A stretch of DNA of 64,000 bases from Salpingoeca rosetta (taxonomy: Eukaryota; Protista; Choanoflagellata): contig JAWQFM010000006.1 in NCBI GenBank assembly GCA_033442325.1, positions 439,628 to 503,627 on the forward strand. The letters are read 5' to 3'. This document shows, piece after piece, positions 25,844-44,964 of the stretch (position 1 is the stretch's first letter; the number at the start of each line of letters is the position of its first letter). Below the pieces are notes generated by a model, which had not been told where the DNA came from, searched no databases, and saw only the letters and a program-made list of their open reading frames with translations. The translations under genes were made by a program, and so were the position numbers.

Positions 25844-28800
25844 TCACACACTCGCACACACACTCACACACTCGCACACACACTCTCTCACACTCACACA
25901 CACACACACTCACACACTCACACACTCACACACACACACACACACGAATGACATCAAGTGCCCAATATCATGAACTCACATGTGCTCCACTACCCCTCCC
26001 CCCACCCACCACAACACCCCCTTCAACTCACGGTGACTTCGATGTGGGTTTCAGTATCCACGCCTGCCTCGTGTTCCTCGTCATTCGTTTGATCGTGGTG
26101 GTACCCAAGCGCGCCTTCAAAGCTTGCGCCGATGCCAAACACCTTGAACTCAAAGCTGGTCTCCACGCCAAGCGTCGCTTCCACCGTGTTGGTGTCGCCG
26201 GCTACAACGCTCGTGGACTTGGAGATGTCCACCCCAAACGTGTACGTGGAGCCGCCACCAGAGAACTTGATTGCGTTGATGCTGCGAAGTTGCGTCTTGT
26301 CCGCATCCGAGGCAGCCTGGCCGTCCACGTCGCGTGCGTTGTCAATCAGGTCGTGTGGGGCAAGCGCTGCGCCCAAGCCGACGTCGTTTTCAATGTGCGA
26401 AGTGCCGAGAAAGTTGCACCGCTCCTCCTTTGACGCTGCCCTCTTCAGTTCCTCCGCAGATCTCCTGTCAGTCCAAGGATGCTGCGACATATCCGGTATT
26501 TCAGGCGTGCAGTGGTACTCGTTGAAGAACGTGTTGGACATGAGGGCCTGCACGGACTCGAGCGTTCCGTCTGCCGCCTGCTGCCGCACTTCCTTGTTGC
26601 GCGCCAAGTTGTCCTCCCACGCCTTGATCGCCCGCCGCAGCTCAGCAGCCTTCTCCTCTCTATCCTCCTCCGTCTCGTCGTCGTCATCGCCTGGCGGCTG
26701 TTCGGCGAGAGCGAGCAGCTTGCGAAGGTCTGGGATCTCCTTGTTCTCAATCTCAAACGCAGACACCCAGCTCAGCACCTCCGTGTTGTCCTGGCCCTCG
26801 AGGCTCCACTTGACCTTGGTCTGCTTGGATGCCTGGCACTGCTCCACGTCGAACGAGACCTCCTCCGTCTCGAGCCACACCACGTTGAGTGCGGGCACGA
26901 GGAACATGTCCGACTTCTCGCCAGCCGTCATCACATCGTCAGAGGTCGTCAGCGAAATCTCAAACGCCATCGTCTGCCCCGTCATGTAGTTGTCTTCAGG
27001 ATCGGCGCTTGCCCAGTCCTGAAAAGGATGCAGCACATGCGCGATCACAAATGGCGTTGAGCCCAACGTGCACCATCATATCATGGCAGCACAACAAAAA
27101 ATGTCGACTCACATGCAAGTGGTCCAGGGGGCATACTCACTGGAACGTCACGCCACACACAACTCACACAAGTACATACGCGCAAGTACGCACTCGCACA
27201 TTTATCCACACACACACACATGTACATATGGAAACTCGCTCGTACAACAGTACCAATTATGCCACGCACCATCGCCAAGTCTGTCCGGATAAACACGGGC
27301 GTGGTGTCGACGTCCGATGACTTGACACACAGCATCGCACCAAATCCGCCGCAGGTTTGCGTCTCTGCCCCGGCCTTGACAGGCGCAACGCCAAGCGAGG
27401 TGTAGAACCCGTTGTACACCTCGTGCGTGTACGTGTCGACATAGAAGTTGGCGTACGCCTTGGAGTACGTGACGGTGGAGAGGCCACCGGGCGGATCTTG
27501 CACCACCGCAAGCGGTCGGTAGCGCGGGAAGGGCACGCTGAAGTACTTGGAGATGACCTTGTCACCAATCACCACCACCTTCTCGTACACGCTGACGGGA
27601 TTGTGCGGCAGGTTGTGCATGGTGACGCGGAAGAGCTTGGAGTGCGGGTTCTCGGGGTCGATGGCCTGTGGGTTGGTCTCCGGCTCACCCGTCATGATGC
27701 TCAGCTCGATGCGCGTGTTGGAGTACACCGTCTCGCCATCCTCAAGCTCCTCGTCCATCTTCACGTCCCTGATGCATGTGTCGTAGCAGCGCTTGAGCTT
27801 GTTCAGCTGGTCGTCAGAGAGCGGAGTGGTTGCGTTGAGCACGTCCACGATGGCCGGCGACTCGCCCAACTGGTTCTCAACCTCAATCTGGCCCGGCACC
27901 GCATCGCACGTGCCCACGCCTTCGCCATAGTCCTCAATGACCTTCACAGTCGCCTTCAGCTCCACGTTCTGCTTCACAACGTGCAAGGGGCGATCGCCCT
28001 CTGTGCTGTTACAGTTGTGCTTCACCTCCTTGTCAAACTCAACGCTCAGCTGCGGTGGCGGGTGGTACTCGAACCGCACCGTCTTCTTGTCCTCGTCGTC
28101 CTCCTGCGGGTTGCGCAGGTCCAAGTACAGCGACCGCGAGTTGCCCAGCTTGGCCGAGAAGTAGCGCGTTATCTCGCCGCGCACCTCGTAGTTGCGCGTT
28201 ATCTCCTTGAAGCGCACCGTGATGATCTGCGCTGGCAGCGTCCACTCAGACAGGCGGTCGGAGACGGTGTGTGTCTTCACCCACGTTGGGCACGCGTCAT
28301 ACCGGAACTCCATCACCGCATCGCCGAGGTTGAGGTTGCACAGCCCACCAGCAATGTCGATGGTACCTTTGTCAGTGGTCGTGTCCTTAAAGTTGATGTT
28401 CTCCCAGAACTTGCCGTCCGTCACATCGTAGTACGGTGTACGCACCATGGTGTTTGTCGCGTCAATGACCTGATGCAGGCCTGAGGGGGCGTTGGCAGCG
28501 TCCCTGGCGTATGGCGCGCGCTCATAGGTGTGGGACGAGTTGCCATAGGTGAGGCCGACGGTGACAGATGTGCCCATGACGGCGCGGATGAGGTAGCGCC
28601 CCTTGGAGTCCGTCACATCGCAGTTGATGAGGGTGTTGGCCTGGTTGATGTCGTACAGGCACACCTCGACGTCCTTGAGCGGGCAGCCGTCAGGAAGGCC
28701 CTCGTGCTCCGTACCACCAATTGAGACGATACCACTGAAGGGGAGGGAGGTCGTGTCACTGACACTCGCGTGGTGGTCGAAGCGCAGGTGCTCCATGATG

Positions 28801-31800
28801 AGCGTGGTCTCTGTGCATGCAATGCCGCCGCAGGAAAACGTGTGCCTGATGTTGCCCGTGGTCTTGGAGAAGCGGAGCGTCATGCGGTTGCGGTTGCCGC
28901 GCAGCTGGTCCGAGAGGATGTGGATGAAGAACTTGCCGTCCTCGTTGGTGACGCGGCGGCCACGGATGGGCCCAATCTCGTACTCAATCTCCACGTGCTC
29001 AACAGGGAGGTGGATCTCCTTCGAGTCGATGGTGACCTGGCCCTCGAGGTAGCTCTCCCACATCACCTCAAAGTCCTTGCACGCGAGCTGGGAGCTGTAC
29101 CCGCCCTCCGTGTACCAGGTGGGGTTGGTGGCGGCAACGCAGTACCTCTGCGTGCTGCCTGCCTCTGGGCCGGGGATGAAGCGGCTGAAGTCGGGCTGGA
29201 AACTGGCGTGGGTGGCGGTGGCCGGCGTTCCCGTTGTCACGGCGCTGTTGATGACCCCACACACGCCCTCATCCACCATGGTCAGGACACACGAGCCAGA
29301 GTCAATACACGCCTGCTCGCAGTCGTCCTGCGTGCCGTCGAAGATGTAGGAGCCGGACACGCCCGTGCCGGACACGGTGACGCGCTCGTACGATACGGCC
29401 TTCTTCTCGCCGCTTTTCAGGGCAGCCGTCTGCACAACACGCAGCTGGTGGCACACAAGCGTGTCGTCCGTCTTGGTCTGCACAACAAAGGCGATACACC
29501 AGGAGGAGCGGATGTCGCACAGGTCCTTGCACTCCGTCACGGATGCAACCGGTGAGGATGTGCCGGGGTAGTAGCGGTGCTCGTCCTTGGGCACTCCTAG
29601 CGGCGCAGCAGTCGTGGTCGTGCTGGTGGACGCAAAGTGCGTTTCTGGCGAATGTGGCGGTGTTGGTGGTGGCGCGTGAGTTGAGCGCAGGTTGGCGCTT
29701 GCGAGCAGGTGGACCAAAAAACACAAGCACACAAGCGAACAAGCAAGGAATACAAAGTACAAACAGACATTACAAACAAGGCGAGCGACCAAGGTTGCGT
29801 TGCTGTCCATTCATCAAACGTACTCTGGCGTTGCAGCTCGTGAGGATACATGAGGCGCATGTCGCCCTCGTCCACCGCCGTGCTCAGCCGGAGATAGAAG
29901 GACCCTGGACGGAAACAGACCAACAAGCATACATACACACAACACGAACAAGGCATTGGGTTCAATACACGTGAGCGCAAGGTGTGGGAGGTATTGCAGT
30001 GCGGACGTAGGATAATGGGTGTGTGTGTGTGTTGGTGTACATTGTTTTTAAACATTTGTGTTGCGTTTGCTCGTCTATTTGTGTTGCGTTTGCTTGTCCC
30101 GCGTTCTTGTTGTGTGTGCACAACAGTGGCGTGCTTACCTTCGGGAAGCTTGTAGTTGATGGAGGAGTCGAGCTCAGCGAAGCTGCCGGCTGTGGTCGCC
30201 GTGCATCAACATTGAAACAGTGAAGCGACATGGGCAACAAACAACCACGTGATTGATGAGCAAAGAGAAGTATAAAGTATTCCACGGTGATCCCAGCCAC
30301 GCACACACGAAGACACAAGTACGTACACTGAACCAGATGCACAGACGCACGTTTCTAACGCACACGCACACACACATGCCATCTCTTGCACACGCACACA
30401 TGCACACGCACACATGCACACGTACACATGCACACGCACACGACTCACATGATTGGATGGTGAGGTCGTCAAAGAGAGAGAGGGGCTTGTACGCCGCATC
30501 GCAAAGGTCCTCGGCCGTGCTTTCGAAACGCGAGGCAAGGCCAACGCCGTTGCGGGTGAAGGTGAAGGCCGACTCGCACATGCTGCGGTCCCTCCACTCA
30601 AACGTGATGTGCCCGTTGAACTGCTCCATATTGAAGTCCACAGGCGCATCAGAGAGGCCTTGGCAGCCGCACGGTGTCTGCGGATCTGTCGTGCCGGTGT
30701 GGTACGCAACGTGCTCAAAGTGTGGCTGTGGCTGATCATACTCATCAAGCGGCGTCAGGGTGACCTGGCAAACCAGCAGGCAAAGCATTCGTTGGTTCAC
30801 GAGGATAGGGGGGTGGTGGGGTGCGTGGACGTGAGTCAGTGGGCGTGTGGGCGTATGTGTGCGTGTGTGTGTGGATGTTTATGTGTGCATGTGGACATGT
30901 GTGTGGATGTGATTATACATGTGTGCGTGTGGATGTGATTATACCTGTGAGTGTGTGGATGTTCCAGTGCATGTGCACGTTTGCATCACATGAATTGAAA
31001 CACAGTTCCAACATACCCTGTAGCGAGTTCCGTGGGCCAGGTTCGATACGGCGTGGGAGGTAAAGGGTTTGGACACAACTTGCGGGTACCCGTTGATGTC
31101 TGTGTGCGCGGACAGATCGTATGCCCAGCGACCAATAGACACCTGCACGCCATCCAATCCACGCACACATAAACACACACGCACACACACACACATGCAA
31201 ACAACACGCGCGTCAGGTAAGCGAACGAGCGACCCTCACAATCACAATCGTGCTCACCCCTACTCGCAGCTGTGTGCACACGCTCTCAAGTACACGGTGT
31301 ACACAAAATGTGGACACAATATGATAGAACCGGGTGCGCGTGCCGTGACACCTGCAGCGCTGACCTGATAGTTTGGAAACTCGGTTGTCCATTGGCCAGA
31401 GAGGGTAAAGGACAGGGATGCCACGCCAACACTCATGCTCACGGATGGGGCGGGGACTGTAGAGCAAACAGCAGGGTGTAACTGTGAGGGTCGCAGAAAG
31501 AGCATTGCAGCACCAACATCAAACTGGCTGTAAGCACCCACGCGTGCGCGCAGGCAAGCATGTGCCACAATGCTGCTCCGTACTCACCGACACACTGTCC
31601 ATCCACCAAAGTGCCGTAGATGCACGAGCACGAAAAGCTGCCTGGCGTGTTGATGCAGATGGCTGATGGCCCATCGCAGTTGTGGGCGCCAGTGGCACAC
31701 TCGTCAATGTCTGGTAGCAAGGCCACAGAACCGTCACAAAGTCGCCACAGGAGAATGGTGGGAGAAACAGGGCATGGGGTGCACCGTGAGCGAATGTACA

Positions 31801-33102
31801 GCGTGAAATGAACCTGCCTCTTGACATTCACAAGTCTGCACTAGCACACTGTACGCGTTCTCCAAAGCCCACACCGCATGGGTGCTCACACAAACCACAC
31901 ACACGCACTCATCAACATGCACGCACCGTCGCATGTCTTTGGGGTGCCGGACCACACGAGCTCGTCGCCAAGCCACCCGCACGTGCGCGTCTTGTCGCCG
32001 GTGGTTGACAGCTCGTAGCCCTCGTCGCAGGATTCGTATGTGAAGTCGACACCTGTGAATATGGTTGGTGTTGTGGAACGCGAAGTGGAACGTGAAGTGG
32101 GCATATTCTGGGTCAACACATGCCACCATTGCTTCAGAGAACAGTTCCCGCTTATTGCAATGACACGTGAGGACACACACTCACACACACACTTACACAC
32201 ATCAGTACACACTCACGCAAACACACACACTCACCCCTCCCATACGCGCGTGTACACTCTGACACACTTGCACACTTGCATACATACTTGCATACATGCA
32301 CACATGCACATGCATGTTGCTCACCGATAGCACCACCCTGATAGCCGGTGTGGCTCCCGTGTTCCAGGGTGATGTACGGACACGTGACGTCTGCAGTGCA
32401 ATGGGCAACAAAAGGCGAGCAGTCTCAGCACAAGCTCTGAACAACAAGATGGGGTGGCGGTGCTGTTTGATATTTGCATGTTGCTGATTTAGATGCGTAT
32501 GAGGTGGGTGGGTGATACGAACTTACACTCGCACTCGCGCTCGTTCATTGGTTTGAAGCCAGAGTCCCTGTCACACTCGACCTACGAACAGGAGTGAGCA
32601 CGTGTTAGCCCTTTAGCTGCAATCCAGGAGGAGAGGCGGCGATCATGTGCAGAAAATAGAACGCTGCGCGCATGCAGTTGTGAAACCATGAAGTATGCAT
32701 ATGGGCAAGTGATGTGTGTGTGTGGCTGAACAGTCGTGTGGTAGCCCACATGCTGCGGGAACATACCTTGCAGGTGATAAACTGGCGAGGCATCGTCGAG
32801 TACCCAGGAATTGGTGCGGAGGACCAAGTCATCCAAACCAGTCACCAAGAACACCACTGGCGGTGAGTTGGAAATGACGACACAGAAGCCACTCAGATCA
32901 CAACAAGTACATTGTCAATTCACCACATGATCGAGCGATCAAGCAACCTCGCATCTCATTGCAGCATTGCGTGCACACCTTGAATTTTGAATCCAGCAAG
33001 TCGGCGTCATATTCACTGCGCCACCCTGGCCATTTCAAGCACATGACAAGGAGCAAAGTGCGTGAGAGTGCTGTTGTGTCAAACCTGCAAGCGCACAACG
33101 TG

Positions 33103-33167
<65 letters not shown>

Positions 33168-34623
33168 GGCGGTTAGTGCTTGAGTGAAGTGGCTTCCACT
33201 TGATGAATGCTCACCTGTCAGCACCCTTTCGGTGAAAGCGTAAAGGAGCTCTTCCTCGTAGTCATTCGCGAACACAATGTCGCTTCGACAATCGGTGAGC
33301 TTGGCGTTTTCGATGGGTTCGCACAGCAGCTGCCAGTATCTCCTTACGGGCGTACTGTACACGTTGGGGTCGATTGAATTGGCCACTTCGGCGTCATCAA
33401 ACAACCTCTTCACACCAGCCACGTCTGCCGACAAATCAAGTGTGTGAGTGTCGCCATCTCCACGGTATCGCTTTCGATCACAGAGTCAATCAGACTGTCC
33501 CAACAAACAAAGAGCATTGGGCGGAGGTGTAGACACGCGCCACCCACAGCAATCATGCAACCAAGCAACTTTGTCTTCGCACGCACATTGATTATCTGGG
33601 CAAGCGAAGATTGTGTTTCCCTCCCCTGCAAGGATGTCGGACCATCTGTGTGGCAACGTTGTGGGTTCATTTGGAGAATTGTCAGCAAGCGATAATGTAA
33701 CAACAGGGCGCAGATTCCTTTGGAGCCAAGGCGGCTGCGTACTCAACGGTGCTCATGCTCGGGTTGACTCACTGGATAGAAGGGTAGCCATATGCGTAGT
33801 ACATCCAATCCCATCTGTCGATGATGGTGAGGAGATCGGCGGGAAACCTGGTGTAGTGGGTGGAGCCTGTGGACACCCATGTACACCAGAAGTCCCATCG
33901 GCGAGCCTTGACAAGGTTTGGCACCCACAATGGGATTCTGATGAGGTTGAAGGAGCAAGCCACGACACACCACAAAGTTGAAACGACCATGCGTGAGCGA
34001 TTCGAGCTTTGAGAGGCCTCAGTCAAATTCTCACACATACGCGGAGAAGAGGAGGGCACAACATGCACGCACGCACGCAAACACACACACATACACACGC
34101 GCGCGCGCATAGACGCAGCGCGCAACCTCTCGCGCACACGCACACAAACAACTACCACACACACACACACACAAAAACAACTACGACACACACACACACA
34201 AACAACTACGACACACACACAAAAACAACTACGACACACACACAAAAACAACTACGACACACACACACACATGCACGCACACACACATGCACACACACAC
34301 ACATGCACGCACACACACGCATGCACGCACACAAGCACGCATGCACACGCACACACACACACACAAGCACGCACGCACAGCCTCTCACAATCAGCCCACT
34401 TTCAACAAACACGCGCATACCCATCAGGGTGGTAGTCAGGGTCATATTGACTGCGCAACATCGAAAGAGATGCACCCTTTGGACAATGCATCGCGAATCT
34501 GTCCAGAGGTTTGCTGAACCATCCAGCCCACGGTGGCGGGAGGATCCCCCGCGCCGGTGCCGCTGTGTGCATGAGCACCAGCACTACCGCCGCGGCAGCG
34601 ACGAAGCGGCGTGCCATACTCAT
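23162..34623 (-). CDS. ~2,400-aa type I membrane mosaic protein: signal peptide, dermatopontin-like, Sushi/CCP, Ca-binding EGF, FN3-like, 2 PAN/apple-like, large beta-rich core, SEA-like, TM, short tail
   Basis: Signal MARRFVAAAAVVLVLMHTAAPARG. Dermatopontin-like motifs FAMHCPKG..SMLRSQYD, RRWDFWC, FACPDNQ, RYWQLLC, GWRSEYDADLLDSKFKFITC. Sushi CPYITLEHGS..CDEGYEL..RTC..WSG..C. EGF DIDECATGAHNC..CINTPGSFSCSC. PAN-like SVTECKDLC..CIAF and TQDDCEQAC. Large exons at ~27270-29650, 26033-27019 and 23572-25140. SEA-like PYQDVYADTTSQEYADFAGVLKTEL. Last exon with TM IAIGMLAVVLCMLVILLV and TAA at 23162. Confidence 0.8.
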
Positions 34624-35024
34624 GTGCCTTAACGCTGACACAAGGACACACCACCACCCTTTCAGCTTGGACTGTCTGTGTGCAGGACTGCTTGTTCGCT
34701 CGCGTCGTCGTTAGGACGTTGCTGAGTGGCACTCTGGCAGTGCAAAAGTTACATGCATGCGCGCGTGTTGTGTACAGTCATGCATGAAGGGCAACGGCAA
34801 AGAACCGGGCACCTGAGCTGCCCTTCTAAGGCTGTCGATGACGTCATCGTCGAGCATGGAAGTTGTTTATGTATGATGAATTTGAAGACGGACATGATGT
34901 GATGTGGCACACCACAAACACAGACACACACAGACACACAGACACACGCACACACACACCCAGCCAACCAATCAACCAACCAAATACAAATACGAACACA
35001 CACACACACACAACATAAATTTCA

Positions 35025-36020
35025 CTATGGCTGGCTTGCCTGCCGTCGCTTGCGCTCGTGCGTGGTGTAGAAGAGCTCGTAGTCCCGGCGATAAACGGGG
35101 CTCTTGTAGAGCAGGCAGCGAATGCGCTCCTCCTCCTCCAAGTCAACTTCCTTCTTCTTCATCACGTTCACTTGCTTTGTCATGCCAAAGTACGCCGCAA
35201 AGTTGTCCAGTGGCGTCGTGTCAATGCCCGTGCCAGCAAGCCTCTGCTTCAGCACGGGGACAAGGTGGTCCTGGAACGCCTCCCGCATGAAGCGAATGTC
35301 CGCAACAAAGTCCACGACCCATCCGCTCCCACTCGCCACCACTCCAGACTGCGGCATGGCATGCCCGATGCCCATGCTGGTGGCACCACGGAACGCGCCC
35401 TCCGGGTCACTGGATGTGGCCAGCGTGTCTAGGGACGGGATCGGCCGCGGAAACGCACGGTGCGCTGGTCGCCGCAGGTGCGTGGCAAATGCCTGTATGC
35501 TGCGCAGTCGAGAATACGGGTCCCTGACAAACGCGAAGTGGACGTAGTCCCGCAGCTCCCTCACAGCCTTCGAGCAGTGCATACCGCGCAGCCATGACTT
35601 GTCGTGCGATGTGAACCCCCGCTGGTGCATGTCACCGGGCCAGGGCTCACCGGGCTTGTGGCCTGGGATCGTCTCGCCAATCCCGAGCTTCAGGCGCACC
35701 ATGATCGTTGAGCCGCCGTTCTTCAGCACGTGGTGGAACACAAACTTGAACCGGTCCGAGACGTAGCAAGTGGTGTTGCGCCGTGCCGTCGGTCGCTGCG
35801 TGTTCCTGTCAATGGCGTTGACGTTGCGCAGCCACACGTAGTTCTGGTCGTACAACGCATCCGACACGCTGTTCCTTGCTGGTGTGGGAAGCGGGCAGCT
35901 CTCCATGGCCTGCGCCCTCTCAACAACGACACCACCACCGACCAACACCACCCCCAACAGCAGCACCGCCGTGGCGGTGGTGGCTGCTGCGATCACAGCC
36001 CTCCTTCGTAACGGCCTCAT
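35025..36020 (-). CDS. Intronless type II Golgi carbohydrate sulfotransferase (Sulfotransfer_2 / CHST-HNK1 family)
   Basis: ATG at 36020, MRPLRRR followed by a TM segment. 5'-phosphosulfate-binding motif KFVFHHVLKNGGST, 3'-phosphate-binding motif FAFVRDPYSRLRS, then VDFV and C-terminal YRRDYELF. Confidence 0.85.
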   Translation of the reverse strand: MRPLRRRAVIAAATTATAVLLLGVVLVGGGVVVERAQAMESCPLPTPARNSVSDALYDQNYVWLRNVNAIDRNTQRPTARRNTTCYVSDRFKFVFHHVLKNGGSTIMVRLKLGIGETIPGHKPGEPWPGDMHQRGFTSHDKSWLRGMHCSKAVRELRDYVHFAFVRDPYSRLRSIQAFATHLRRPAHRAFPRPIPSLDTLATSSDPEGAFRGATSMGIGHAMPQSGVVASGSGWVVDFVADIRFMREAFQDHLVPVLKQRLAGTGIDTTPLDNFAAYFGMTKQVNVMKKKEVDLEEEERIRCLLYKSPVYRRDYELFYTTHERKRRQASQP

Positions 36021-36722
36021 CAGCGCAGGTTGTGGTTGGATCTGCTCGTGACTTTGAGCTGCTGCTTCGCATTCGTTGAAGCCATCCGCGAAAAATCTAT
36101 CGTGTCGAAAATTAGTAAAAATCTTTAGGTAGTCTTCGTTTTTCTCTCTCACGTGTGTGTGTGTGTGCCTTTTCCTCTTCCTTCGCGGGCAAATGTAACA
36201 AGGCGAACCAGCACCACCAGCCAGCCAACCACACGCACACACACACATCGACTGCCCTCATTTCCTTCGCTCGACTGACGACGACGTGTGTCCCTGAACC
36301 CTTGTTCTGACTCCACAACCCCCCCCCAGCCATGGACGAGCTCAAGATTGCCTCGGGTACCCTCCAGCAAGAAATGTTGTTGAAGAAGCATTCATTGCAA
36401 TGCGAAAGTTACGATACAACTCCAAACACACAACCAACCACAACCAACGACATACCTGTTGTCGTGTGTACAACCAACAGCAAACCACAGTAGGAGATAC
36501 AGAGCGAATAGCAAGCATGGCGGCAGTAACACACCAGATCACAGCGGAACAAACACACAAGCACACACATTCAACTCACATCAAGCTATGATCAGCAACA
36601 CACGTAGAACACCAAAGCAAGAAGAAATTTCAAGGCAAGCGCACCAAAGACGCGCACGGGCAACAACCAGAACAACCAGAAGAGTCTCCAGGGGTCCAGC
36701 CACGCACGGTCTGGCGTGATCA

Positions 36723-44103
<7,381 letters not shown>

Positions 44104-44592
44104 GTCCGCGGTATCAGCTCAACACCGACGATGGATCAACACACCAAAAGATGCACACCACACACACACAAGCGTCGACGGCCAAGAACAACAATGGTGG
44201 CGCTGCTTCACAAAACCACGTGCACCAACCAACCAAGCAAGCGTCCTCAAAAAAGAATCCAACACCATAAATTGCGACTCACAACCTCGCAACAATACGA
44301 AATTTTTGTGTTGGGGGGTGTGCTGGTTGCAACGGGCCCATTTCGCGCTGGCACAAAAAAGGTTTGGAAGGACGCTGCTGATGAGAATGACGAGAGGTGG
44401 AGTGGGAGTGTCTTTGAAGTGGCCTTGAGTGGTGTGGAGTGCTGTCTCTCGCTCGCTCGCTCACTGGAATGCACGCTACCTTATCTTGTTCTCACGAGTA
44501 AGCGTGTATGTGTCTTGCTGGAATGTACAGCACAAGACGTGACCACTTTGTCTCACAACAGCCCCAGCGAGGAGCAAACAACATCAAGCACA
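44104..44592. promoter_or_regulatory. Divergent intergenic region between SPB1 and SHP2, putative bidirectional promoter
   Basis: Head-to-head ATGs at 44103 (-) and 44593 (+). Confidence 0.45.
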
Positions 44593-44924
44593 ATGGCTCG
44601 TCGGTACGTGTCACATGTGCCGATTCCTCACACCAGTGTTTGTACTGTTGTTGACGGGTTTCTTGCGTGTTGCTTGTCCTCCTGTGTGGTGTTTGCTCAA
44701 GGATCCTTGCAAGCGCAACCTCACTAACACACGTTGCATTGGTGGCTGCACAGGTGGTTCCACCCAACAATCTCGGGCCTGGATGCCGAGAAGCTGCTGA
44801 AGCAGTATGGCAAGCATGGCTCCTTCCTTGTTCGAAGCAGCCAAACCAACAAGAACGACTACGCCCTCTCCGTGCTGTACGTCCCAAGCATATGTGTGTG
44901 TTGTGCGCGTATGCTATGTTGTGT

Positions 44925-44964
<40 letters not shown>

